Positions 9,475-17,421 of a DNA stretch of 64,000 nucleotides are shown here, piece by piece. Positions within the stretch are counted from its first letter, which is position 1. Each line of letters opens with the position of its first letter. The DNA is from a plasmid, in the sequence record NZ_CP019224.1. One strand, written 5' to 3'. The notes under the pieces were generated by a model. It did not search any database. It saw only the letters and a list, made by a program, of their open reading frames with translations, and had not been told where the DNA came from. The position numbers were made by a program, and so were the translations under genes.

Positions 9475-10055
9475 CACGCAGCCCCTGGCTCCCGCTTGGT
9501 GGCCGTCACCGCACGCATCGCCCGATTCCGCGCACCACGACGGCCGTAGAGCCGCGCACACATACTGGTCAGGACCTCGATCATGTCGCGCACCAGATCA
9601 TCGGTGGTCTCACCCGGATCAGCGACCACGATCCGGCGGCCCTGCGCCGACAACGCCGCTTCCAGGTGTTCCACCCCGAAACGCGCCAGCCGATCCCGAT
9701 GCTCCACAACGATCACCCTCGCATCGGGGTCCGACAAGATGCGGCGCAGCTTGGGCCGCTTCCCATTCAGCCCGGAACCGACCTCGCACACCACCTGGCC
9801 CACCTCAAGATCACGCTCCGTGGCCCACGCGGTCACCCGCGCCACCTGACGGTCCAGATCCGAGCGCTGATCATGGCTGGACACCCGCGCATACACCACC
9901 ACCGTCGCCGCCGCACCCGATACCGAGGCTGCCGCCTTGACCAGAATCAGCCGCCCAACCCGCTCCGCGGGCACCGGCAACGTCCCCTCCCGAAACCACC
10001 GATAAGCGGTATGCCGGTTCACACCAACCGATTCCGCCCAATCCGCCAGATTCAC
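9474..10055 (-). CDS. tnpA: IS607-family TnpA serine recombinase (MerR-like HTH + resolvase catalytic domain)
   Basis: 193-aa ORF. The N-terminus MNLADWAESVGVNRHTAYRWFREGTLP is a MerR-type HTH. The downstream YARVSSHDQRSDLDRQ is the serine-recombinase active-site region. Overlaps the tnpB start, the usual IS607 arrangement. Confidence 0.8.
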   Translation of the reverse strand: MNLADWAESVGVNRHTAYRWFREGTLPVPAERVGRLILVKAAASVSGAAATVVVYARVSSHDQRSDLDRQVARVTAWATERDLEVGQVVCEVGSGLNGKRPKLRRILSDPDARVIVVEHRDRLARFGVEHLEAALSAQGRRIVVADPGETTDDLVRDMIEVLTSMCARLYGRRGARNRAMRAVTATKREPGAA

Positions 10056-10129
10056 AACACCAATTAGAAGACACTAACGCACACTTAAATGCACTCACTG
10101 CGCAACAGCTCGCAACCCCGCCCACGGGG

Positions 10130-11563
10130 CAGGGACTGTCGCAGTAAGGGTGTAAACGGCCTGATCGGCCCCGGTGTGTCGGGGCCGGAAAGGTCGCATG
10201 ATGACCGAAACTGTCGTGGCTGTGGAGCCATCGCAGAATCTCGATGTTGAGGCCGCTGCGGCGGCCATTGAAGTCCCGGATAGCCGTGAGGTCGACGAGC
10301 TCGAGGTCGCCCGGGAGCTGGTACGCCAGGCCCGCGAGGCCGGCGTGGCGCTGACCGGCCCGGGCGGCCTGCTCAAGGCGATGACCAAGACGGTCATCGA
10401 GACCGCCCTGGACGAGGAATTATCCGAGCACCTGGGCTATGACCGCCACGATCCGGCCGGGTACGGCTCGGGCAACTCCCGCAACGGAACCAGGGCCAAG
10501 ACCGTGCTCACCGATGCGTGCGGGCAGATCGAGATCGACGTCCCGCGCGACCGCGCCGGCAGCTTCGAACCCGAGATCGTCAAGAAGCGTCAACGCCGCT
10601 TGACCGATGTCGATGAGGTGGTGTTGTCGCTGTATGCCCGCGGGCTGACCACCGGTGAGATCAGCGCCCATTTCGCCCACATCTACGGCGCGGCAGTCTC
10701 CAAGGACACGATCAGTCGGATCACCGACCGCGTGGTCGAGGAGATGACCGCCTGGCACACCCGCCCGCTGGAACGCGTGTACGCCGCGGTGTTCATCGAC
10801 GCCCTGCACGTCAAGATCCGCGACGGCCAGGTCGGCCCCAGGCCCATCTACGCCGCGATCGGGGTGGACCTGGCCGGGCATCGTGACGTGCTGGGCATGT
10901 GGGCCGGCGAGGGCGATGGCGAGTCGGCCAAATACTGGCTGGCGGTGCTCACCGAGCTGAAGAACCGCGGGGTGGCCGACATCTTCTTCCTGGTCTGCGA
11001 TGGGCTCAAAGGCTTACCGCAATCGGTGGGCGCGGTGTTCCCCGACACTGTGGTCCAGACGTGTGTCATCCATTTGATCCGTGGGACGTTCCGCTATGCC
11101 GGGCGCCAGCACCGCGACGCCATTGCCAAGGCGTTGCGGCCGATCTATACCGCGGTCAACGCTGAGGCTGCAGCGGCAGCGCTGGACGCGTTCGAGGCCG
11201 AGTGGGGTAATCGCTATCCGGCAGCAATTCGATTGTGGCGCAACGCGTGGAGTGAGTTCATTCCGTTCCTGGACTACGACACTGAGATAAGGAAGGTGAT
11301 CTGTTCGACCAATGCTATTGAATCGTTGAACGCCCGCTACCGCCGCGCCGTCCGGGCCCGCGGTCATTTTCCGACCGAGCAGGCAGCGCTGAAGTGCCTA
11401 TACTTGGTCACCCGGTCGCTGGACCCGACCGGGACCGGACAGAAGCGATGGACCATGCGCTGGAAACCAGCCCTGAACGCCTTCGCGATCACCTTCGCCG
11501 ACCGCATGCCCGGCAGCGAAACCACTTAACCGAAGATGCCGCTTACACCGTTAATCTGACGGA
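10130..11563 (+). mobile_element. IS256-family insertion sequence with imperfect ~30-bp terminal inverted repeats and a 9-bp target-site duplication
   Basis: Left end ...CTGTCGCAGTAAGGGTGTAAACGGC. The reverse complement of the right end is ...CCGTCAGATTAACGGTGTAAGCGGC. The 9-bp direct repeat CCCACGGGG flanks both ends (10121-10129 and 11564-11572). Length about 1434 bp. Confidence 0.75.
10174..11529 (+). CDS. IS256-family (mutator-type) transposase
   Basis: 451-aa ORF. Its conserved blocks (GPGGLLKAMTKTVIETALDEELSEHLGY, YARGLTTGEISAHFAHIYG, VFIDALHVKIRDGQ, FLVCDGLKGL) are classic for IS256/IS1081-type transposases. Confidence 0.85.
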   Translation: MCRGRKGRMMTETVVAVEPSQNLDVEAAAAAIEVPDSREVDELEVARELVRQAREAGVALTGPGGLLKAMTKTVIETALDEELSEHLGYDRHDPAGYGSGNSRNGTRAKTVLTDACGQIEIDVPRDRAGSFEPEIVKKRQRRLTDVDEVVLSLYARGLTTGEISAHFAHIYGAAVSKDTISRITDRVVEEMTAWHTRPLERVYAAVFIDALHVKIRDGQVGPRPIYAAIGVDLAGHRDVLGMWAGEGDGESAKYWLAVLTELKNRGVADIFFLVCDGLKGLPQSVGAVFPDTVVQTCVIHLIRGTFRYAGRQHRDAIAKALRPIYTAVNAEAAAAALDAFEAEWGNRYPAAIRLWRNAWSEFIPFLDYDTEIRKVICSTNAIESLNARYRRAVRARGHFPTEQAALKCLYLVTRSLDPTGTGQKRWTMRWKPALNAFAITFADRMPGSETT

Positions 11564-11713
11564 CCCACGGGGCTGGGTGCGCCGGGTTGCAGGGCTCACC
11601 GATGCCATCGCTGGGGATGGACTTCGGGCGAGGTTTAGCGGCGGGTGCTGCGGCGGCAGCGGGTGTTCCGCCGGTGACATCGGCGCCGATGACGTCGTTG
11701 GCGAGATCCAAAT
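11564..11713 (+). pseudogene. fragment (about 150 bp) of an EspK-like gene paralog, disrupted by IS256
   Basis: Nucleotides 11564-11713 align at roughly 92% identity to 5501-5641 inside the 774-aa Esp-like gene (Gly/Pro-rich region). A further 14 bp of the same homology (CCCCGCCCACGGGG) sits on the other side of the IS256 at 10116-10129. Confidence 0.55.
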
Positions 11714-11810
11714 AGAGACTCAACGAGTCTTGCTGTTACACAGGCGAACTGCCGAGGTTTCGACTCGCGAGCTGTACGAACACGCGGGGCAGATGAATTA
11801 GTTGGGACCG

Positions 11811-12233
11811 TTAGGGCGCTGGCCAGTAGCCGATGACGCCGTTGAATTCGAGGTCGGTTTGGGTGAAGTCGTTGCCGATGGCGATGAGGGGTTCGTGTGC
11901 GAGTTTGGCGGTGGCGTAGGCCATGGTGTCGCCGTAGTTGAGGGCGGCGGGGTGGCGGCCTTTTCCGTAGTGGAGGTAGGCGCGGTGGGCGGCGATCGCG
12001 TGTTCGAGGGTGAAGGGCTGGAAGCCGAGGTTGATTTCGGATCGTAGGCGGTCGAAGACGGTGCGCGCGGTCGCGCCGTGTCGGTTGGTGAGAACGATGA
12101 GGCATTCGGCTGCGTTGGCCGTGGACATGACGGGGCTGGGATCGGCGGCGATGGCGGCCGCGATCTGTTCGGTGTAGGGGTCCTCGCCCTGGATGAGGGC
12201 GACGATCGCGGAAGAGTCGATGATCAGGATCAA
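11811..12233 (-). CDS. vapC: VapC PIN-domain ribonuclease toxin
   Basis: 140-aa [22 protein letters not shown] is the PIN-domain N-terminus with a conserved Asp. The C-terminus [15 protein letters not shown] carries conserved acidic residues. The start overlaps the vapB stop (ATGA). Confidence 0.8.
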   Translation of the reverse strand: MILIIDSSAIVALIQGEDPYTEQIAAAIAADPSPVMSTANAAECLIVLTNRHGATARTVFDRLRSEINLGFQPFTLEHAIAAHRAYLHYGKGRHPAALNYGDTMAYATAKLAHEPLIAIGNDFTQTDLEFNGVIGYWPAP

Positions 12234-12493
12234 ACTCCCGTTGCTGTGTCGTATCCGAGGGCTTGTTCGCGTTCGGTTTTGGTGATTGGGGATCGGTCGT
12301 CCAGTAGTGGCCAGATCTCGGTTTTGAGGACGTCGAGCAGTTCTGCGGAGCGGTTTGCGGTGCGGGATTGGGTGACTTCGATCTGGGCTCGCAGGGCGTA
12401 GCGGATGGCGTCGATGCGGCTGGGGAGGTGGAGGCGCGCGGCGAGCTCGTCTGCGAAGCGGATGACCTCTTCGTCTTTCACGTTGAAAGCCAT
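12230..12493 (-). CDS. vapB: VapB antitoxin
   Basis: 87-aa product from an internal ATG ([25 protein letters not shown]...) within the longer 293-aa track ORF. Its size and position, immediately upstream of and overlapping vapC, fit a VapB antitoxin. The long upstream extension is rejected. Confidence 0.65.
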   Translation of the reverse strand: MAFNVKDEEVIRFADELAARLHLPSRIDAIRYALRAQIEVTQSRTANRSAELLDVLKTEIWPLLDDRSPITKTEREQALGYDTATGV

Positions 12494-12594
12494 GGGTACA
12501 TGGTACCCCGTGGACGGTGTCCGGTACTTCGCGGGTGATCGCTTTGCCGGCGTGGGTGTGGCCCGGCTGGGTAGTGCCGGGTTAATTTTGTGGG

Positions 12595-13569
12595 GTGAGT
12601 GTTGCGGCGTTTGTGGCTGGGGTTGATCGGTTGCTGAGCCGTGCGCATGAGTTGTTTCCGGCCGGGGGTGCGGGCGGGGCACTGCCGAGCTCGGGTGATG
12701 TTGCGGTGCCGGGCTCTCCGGAGGGTGGCAGTGGTTTGCGGGCCGGGGTGGTACGCGCGGCCGGTTCTTATCAGCAGGCTCGCAGTGGGGCGGCGGGCCT
12801 GGATGGGGAGCTGGCGCAAAGCGCCGAGGAAGGCGCGCAGATCGGGGCCCAGGGCCGGGAGGCGTCGGGGTTGATTCGCGATCAGGCCCGTACCAGCGCG
12901 GCCGCGCTGTTGCCGATGGCTCGCACGCCAGCGGGTGCGCACCTGCTGATGGCGACGATGGATCAACATTTGGCGGCGATGCAGGACCAGCTGCAGACCA
13001 CCAAAACCCAGTACCAGGCCATCTCGGCGGGATTGCGCCAAACCGCCGCCGGCTATCACACCTTGACTGACGGCGCGAAGGACTCACCGCCGGCGGCGCC
13101 GCTGGACTCATCGGATAAGTGGAAGCCAGGCGACAAGCATCATGAGCCTTACGGGGCTGGCGTGGGCGGGATGGGTCCGCCGAACTATCCCCATTCGCCG
13201 CCGTGGGTGGACATTTACGACAGGACGAAAGATCCGGATCAGGTTCCGCACTATTTCGTCAGATCTGACGAGATTCCCGGCTACCAGGTCCTTCCGCCGG
13301 GGCGCTATGGTCCCGCGACGGTTTACGACGAGCACGGCAACCCTGATCCTTATGTCCAGTTGGGCCCGAATTCTGGTGTGTGGGTGCCGCAGTCGGCTTT
13401 CCCGGGGGCGAAGGTCTATCCGCCGGGTGGGGGTGAGTTGCCGCCGTATGGGTGGAGTGAGTATGTGCCGGGCTCGGGGATTTTCTTGTGGCACGGGGAT
13501 TTGATGCCGGAGCCGTATAAGCCGTATGGCCCGTCCGGGCCGCCGACGATTCCGCAGGGCGGCCGCTAA
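12595..13569 (+). CDS. modular protein, paralog 1: shared N-terminal helical domain + Pro/Tyr/Gly-rich C-terminal domain of unknown function
   Basis: GTG start ([16 protein letters not shown]...). The N-terminal ~180 aa are homologous to the N-termini of the next two genes. The C-terminal 150 aa are unique ([45 protein letters not shown]...). Confidence 0.55.
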   Translation: MSVAAFVAGVDRLLSRAHELFPAGGAGGALPSSGDVAVPGSPEGGSGLRAGVVRAAGSYQQARSGAAGLDGELAQSAEEGAQIGAQGREASGLIRDQARTSAAALLPMARTPAGAHLLMATMDQHLAAMQDQLQTTKTQYQAISAGLRQTAAGYHTLTDGAKDSPPAAPLDSSDKWKPGDKHHEPYGAGVGGMGPPNYPHSPPWVDIYDRTKDPDQVPHYFVRSDEIPGYQVLPPGRYGPATVYDEHGNPDPYVQLGPNSGVWVPQSAFPGAKVYPPGGGELPPYGWSEYVPGSGIFLWHGDLMPEPYKPYGPSGPPTIPQGGR

Positions 13570-13587
13570 ACCGGCCCGAACTGGCGG

Positions 13588-14207
13588 TGCGTGGCTGTGG
13601 CCGGGGGGATTTGCTCGGGTTAATTTTGGTGGGTGAGTGTTGCGGCGTTCGTGGCTGGGGTTGATCGGCTGCTGAGTCGCGGTCATGAGTTGTTCCCGGC
13701 CGGGGGGCCGGGTGGTGGGCAGGTGTTCGCCGCTGGGGGTCGGGTGCCGGTGCCGGAGGCCCCGGATGGCCACAGCGGTTTGACGGGTGGGGCTCGGGCC
13801 GCCGGTGGGGCGTATCAGCAGGCGCAGGCCGGTGCGGATGGTCTTGACGGGGACTCGGGGCAGGCGGTAGCCCAAGGTGGTGAGGTTGGTGCGCAGGGCC
13901 GCGCCGGGTCGGGGTTGATTCGGGATCAGGCCCGCGCGGTGGGTGCTGCGACCGCGGGGATGGGTCGTTCGCCGGCGGGCGCGAAGTTGATCATGGCGGC
14001 CATGGATGATCATTTGGCCGCGATGCAGCGTCAGTTGGATCAGACCACGGCCGAAAACCGGCTGTTGGCGATGCGGATGCGTCAGCTGGCGGCGGGCTAT
14101 CGCGGTCTGGGTGCAGGTGGGATGGGCGGCGGTATGCCCCTGTCCGGGCTGGGCGGCTTGATGTCGGGCGGCGGCGGTGGCGGCGGCCTGAGCGGGTTAA
14201 GCGGCTT
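13588..14207. repeat. ~620-bp direct repeat, copy A (near-identical to 14777-15401)
   Basis: The upstream leader plus the first ~575 bp of paralog 2 are almost base-for-base identical to the corresponding region of paralog 3. Only a few substitutions are visible (for example ggccacagcggtt versus ggcgacagcggtt). Confidence 0.8.
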
Positions 14208-14736
14208 GGGGAGCGTGCCTGGAGGGTGGAGCCGTTTGGTGGGATCGGTCCGCGGGGGCCGGGGGCCGCGGAGCGAGGAAGCGGCGCCGCGCGGCGATGT
14301 GGGGACTGCGCTGGGCGGGTTGACGCAGGATTCGTCTCCGCGTGAAGTGGCTGCAGCGATCATCCATGAGGCTCGCCGGCGCGGCTACTCGCCGCACCAG
14401 ACGATCGCGATCTTGTCTACGGCGATGCAAGAAAGCGGGTTGCGTCCTCGGGCTGTGAGTCCGAATGGGTTGTGGAGAAGCATTTTCCAGCAAGACTCGG
14501 GTTATCCGGGCCGCAATAATCCCAACACGGCGATTTCGGGATTTTTCGATCGGCTGGCCCACCATGGCGGTCCGTCGTCACCGGACATTTGGAAGTCGAT
14601 CTTCTGGTTACAGCAGCGCCCGGGCGATTCGTCGGCTGAGGCGGCAGTGGCGCACGGACGTAGGGGCTATTTGAACGAGATCCAGAGTCAGTTGCCCAGG
14701 GCGACGGCGTTGTATCGCAGCATCGCCGGAGTTTGA
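13633..14736 (+). CDS. modular protein, paralog 2: shared N-terminal domain + SLT-like lytic transglycosylase C-terminal domain
   Basis: GTG start. N-terminal 190 aa nearly identical to paralog 3. A Gly-rich linker (GGGGGGGLSGLSGL). The C-terminal region AIIHEARRRGYSPHQTIAILSTAMQESGLRPRAVSPNGLWRSIFQQ matches the SLT catalytic E-S motif with the downstream AVSP.G block. Confidence 0.6.
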   Translation: MSVAAFVAGVDRLLSRGHELFPAGGPGGGQVFAAGGRVPVPEAPDGHSGLTGGARAAGGAYQQAQAGADGLDGDSGQAVAQGGEVGAQGRAGSGLIRDQARAVGAATAGMGRSPAGAKLIMAAMDDHLAAMQRQLDQTTAENRLLAMRMRQLAAGYRGLGAGGMGGGMPLSGLGGLMSGGGGGGGLSGLSGLGSVPGGWSRLVGSVRGGRGPRSEEAAPRGDVGTALGGLTQDSSPREVAAAIIHEARRRGYSPHQTIAILSTAMQESGLRPRAVSPNGLWRSIFQQDSGYPGRNNPNTAISGFFDRLAHHGGPSSPDIWKSIFWLQQRPGDSSAEAAVAHGRRGYLNEIQSQLPRATALYRSIAGV

Positions 14737-14776
14737 CCACCACCACCACAACGATGTACGAGGATGCTGCGAATTT

Positions 14777-15401
14777 TGCGTGGCTGTGGCCGGGGGGATT
14801 TGCTCGGGTTAATTTTGGTGGGTGAGTGTTGCGGCGTTCGTGGCTGGGGTTGATCGGCTGCTGAGTCGCGGTCATGAGTTGTTCCCGGCCGGGGGGCCGG
14901 GTGGTGGGCAGGTGTTCGCCGCTGGGGGTCGGGTGCCGGTGCCGGAGGCCCCGGATGGCGACAGCGGTTTGACGGGTGGGGCTCGGGCCGCCGGTGGGGC
15001 GTATCAGCAGGCGCAGGCCGGTGCGGATGGTCTTGACGGGGACTCGGGGCAGGCGGTGGCCCAAGGTGGTGAGGTTGGTGCGCAGGGCCGCGCCGGGTCG
15101 GGGTTGATTCGGGATCAGGCCCGCGCGGTGGGTGCTGCGACCGCGGGGATGGGTCGTTCGCCGGCGGGGGCGAAGTTGATTATGGCGGCCATGGATGATC
15201 ATTTGGCCGCGATGCAGCGTCAGTTGGATCAGACCACGGCCGAAAACCGGCTGTTGGCGATGCGGATGCGTCAGCTGGCGGCGGGCTATCGCGGTCTGGG
15301 TGCAGGTGGGATGGGCGGCGGTATGCCCCTGTCCGGGCTGGGCGGCTTGATGTCGGGCGGCGGCGGTGGCGGCGGCCTGAGCGGGTTGAGCGGCTTGGCG
15401 T
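14777..15401. repeat. ~620-bp direct repeat, copy B (near-identical to 13588-14207)
   Basis: See copy A. Identity ends after ...GAGCGGCTTGG, where the C-terminal modules diverge. Confidence 0.8.
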
Positions 15402-15862
15402 CGGGGATACCGGCGTCACTGATGGGCAGCCTGAGTCGCGGCGGCGGTGAGAACGGGGGGCCGGGTGAGCAGTCGGGCGCTTCGCTTCTGGGCGGCGGTG
15501 GCAGTGGGACGGCGCTGCGGGCGGTGCAGTTCGCCGAGACCAAGTTGGGTGATCCGTACGTGTGGGGCGCGACAGGGCCGCGCCAATACGACTGCTCCGG
15601 GTTGGTGATGGACGCCTACCGGCACGCGGGGGTTCAGTTGCCGCGCATGACCTACGACATGATTCACAAAGGTATGACGGTGGATCGCGCTGAGGTGCGG
15701 GCCGGTGATCTGGTGTTTTCCAATTTCTCGAGCAGAGGGCCGGAGCATGTGCAGATGGCGGTGTCCTCGACGAAGGTCATTGAGGCGCCCACCCCGGGGG
15801 GCCACGTCCAGTATTCGGGCTTCCCGCGTGGGCATGTTGTCGTGAAAAGAATTGTCGGATAA
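14822..15862 (+). CDS. modular protein, paralog 3: shared N-terminal domain + NlpC/P60 (C40) peptidoglycan endopeptidase C-terminal domain
   Basis: GTG start. The C-terminus LGDPYVWGATGPRQYDCSGLVMDAYRHAGVQLPRMTYDM...GDLVFSNFS...GPEHVQMAV is a canonical NlpC/P60 domain. It has the catalytic Cys (DCSGL) and downstream His. Ends 17 bp before eccB. Confidence 0.7.
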   Translation: MSVAAFVAGVDRLLSRGHELFPAGGPGGGQVFAAGGRVPVPEAPDGDSGLTGGARAAGGAYQQAQAGADGLDGDSGQAVAQGGEVGAQGRAGSGLIRDQARAVGAATAGMGRSPAGAKLIMAAMDDHLAAMQRQLDQTTAENRLLAMRMRQLAAGYRGLGAGGMGGGMPLSGLGGLMSGGGGGGGLSGLSGLASGIPASLMGSLSRGGGENGGPGEQSGASLLGGGGSGTALRAVQFAETKLGDPYVWGATGPRQYDCSGLVMDAYRHAGVQLPRMTYDMIHKGMTVDRAEVRAGDLVFSNFSSRGPEHVQMAVSSTKVIEAPTPGGHVQYSGFPRGHVVVKRIVG

Positions 15863-15879
15863 CGATTTAACGGTGGGTA

Positions 15880-17421
15880 TTGACGGTGGTTGAGCCGGGA
15901 GTGGATAAGGACGACGAGTCGCGCTGGCGCGGGCGCGGTCTGGGGCTTTCGACGCGGGTACAGGTGTCGGGGCACATGTTTTTCGCCCGTCGCGCGGTGG
16001 CGGCGATGACTCGGCGGCGGGTGCGGATGGAGGCCGAGCCGGGCCGGCGCCAGTCGATGGCGATGTTGGCGGGTGTGACGCTGACCGCTGTGCTGTGTCT
16101 GGGGGCGTTGTTCTGGTCGTTTGTGCGCCCGGCCGGTTCGGCGGGGCAGGCGCGGATTGTGGCCGATCAGGATTCGGGGGCGCTGTATGTGCGGGTGGGC
16201 GAGAAGCTGTATCCGGCGTTGAATTTGTCCTCGGCGCGGTTGATCGCCGGGGAGGCGGCCAGCCCGGTTCGGGTGCGCCGCAGCGAGATTGACGCAGCGC
16301 CGCGCGGGCCGCTGGTCGGTATTGCCGGCGCCCCGCAGGATATGGTGGCGACGTCGCCGGGTCGCTCGTCGTGGTTGGTGTGTGATGAGATCACCAAGGC
16401 GTTCGGGGCGGCTGCGCCTGAGCCGGTGACGGTGACCGTCATCGACGGCCAGCCCGAGCTGGGTCCACGCCGCCACGTGCTGGGCCCTGATGATGCGATG
16501 GTGCGCCGCTATGGGGATGCGGTGTGGTTGATCCGCGATGGGCGGCGCTCGTTGATCAATCAGGGTGCTCGGGCGGTGCTGTTGGCGTTGGGGCTGGGCG
16601 AGGATGCGGTGTTGGGGTCGCGCCCGATGAGCCGGGCCTTATTCGATGCGATCCCGGTGGGCCCGGAGTTGTCGGTGCCGGTGATCCCGAATGCGGGCTC
16701 GCCGGCACGGTTCGCGGGGGCGCCGGGCCCGGTGGGGACGGTGGTATCGACTCCGCAGGTGGGTGGGCAGACCGCGTATTCGGTGGTGCTCACCGATGGC
16801 GTGCAGCCGGTGTCGCCGGTGGTGGCTCAGGTGCTGCAAAATGCCGGGCCGGCCGGTGCGGTGATCCCGGTGGTGGCTGGCCCGGTGTTGGCGAAGTTGC
16901 CGGTGGTGCAAACCCTGGACTTGTCGGCGTTCCCGGCTACCCCGCCGCGGGTGATCGATAGCCAGGTCAACGCCGCGGCGTGCTGGCACTGGGAGAAGGT
17001 GAGCGGTGAGGCGCTGGCTAGCACGTCGGTCATCGCCGGCCCGAGCATCCCGGTGGCCGAGGGCCAAGTGGACAAAGTGGTGGACTTGGTGAAAGCCCCG
17101 GGGCCACAGATGCAGGCCGACCGCGTGTATCTGGGCCCTGAGTACGCCAATTACGTGGTGTCCACCGGTAATTCGCCGTCAGCGGCCACGGTGGAGTCGT
17201 TGTGGTGGATATCCGAATCAGGGGTGCGGTTCGGGGTGCCGCGCCAGGAGGACACGATGAACGCTTTGGGTTTGAAGAAGCATTCCCCGAGCCCGGCGCC
17301 GTGGCTGGCGCTGCGGCTGCTGGCCGCCGGGCCGGCATTGTCGCGCTCTGATGCGCTGGTGCGTCACAACACGCTGCCTGTCGATGCCAACCCGGCCGAA
17401 CTGGAGGTCCCGAAGTCATGA
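15880..17421 (+). CDS. eccB: EccB, type VII secretion (ESX) core membrane component
   Basis: 513-aa ORF. The N-terminal GLSTRVQVSGHMFFARR matches the conserved EccB motif (GL.T..QVSG..F..RR). This is followed by a single TM helix (MLAGVTLTAVLCLGALFW) and a large extracytoplasmic domain ending ...HNTLPVDANP. Confidence 0.85.
   Translation: MTVVEPGVDKDDESRWRGRGLGLSTRVQVSGHMFFARRAVAAMTRRRVRMEAEPGRRQSMAMLAGVTLTAVLCLGALFWSFVRPAGSAGQARIVADQDSGALYVRVGEKLYPALNLSSARLIAGEAASPVRVRRSEIDAAPRGPLVGIAGAPQDMVATSPGRSSWLVCDEITKAFGAAAPEPVTVTVIDGQPELGPRRHVLGPDDAMVRRYGDAVWLIRDGRRSLINQGARAVLLALGLGEDAVLGSRPMSRALFDAIPVGPELSVPVIPNAGSPARFAGAPGPVGTVVSTPQVGGQTAYSVVLTDGVQPVSPVVAQVLQNAGPAGAVIPVVAGPVLAKLPVVQTLDLSAFPATPPRVIDSQVNAAACWHWEKVSGEALASTSVIAGPSIPVAEGQVDKVVDLVKAPGPQMQADRVYLGPEYANYVVSTGNSPSAATVESLWWISESGVRFGVPRQEDTMNALGLKKHSPSPAPWLALRLLAAGPALSRSDALVRHNTLPVDANPAELEVPKS

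Larger units (their letters stand above)
7761..10115 (-). mobile_element. IS607-family insertion sequence (about 2.35 kb)
   Basis: Overlapping tnpA-tnpB pair. Boundaries inferred from where vapC-remnant homology ends (about 7760) and where the Esp-fragment homology begins (10116). IS607 elements lack terminal inverted repeats, so the ends are approximate. Confidence 0.6.

Noticed and set aside
7822-9561. 579-aa version of TnpB with 29 extra N-terminal residues
   Set aside because: The extension would overlap the last 29 codons of tnpA. An ATG precisely at the tnpA stop gives the conventional overlapping arrangement.
9366-10067. Plus-strand 233-aa ORF antisense to tnpA
   Set aside because: No motifs, His/Arg/Pro-rich. 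tnpA on the other strand is unambiguous.
12230-13111. 293-aa minus-strand ORF extending vapB far upstream
   Set aside because: The extension is antisense to paralog 1 and is Pro/Arg-rich junk. The internal ATG, giving an 87-aa product directly coupled to vapC, fits antitoxin size.
13108-15202. Minus-strand ORFs of 301 aa and 261 aa opposite the modular paralogs
   Set aside because: They are extremely Arg/Pro-rich translations of the complementary strand of Gly/Ala-rich coding sequence. They duplicate each other only because the plus-strand genes are duplicated.
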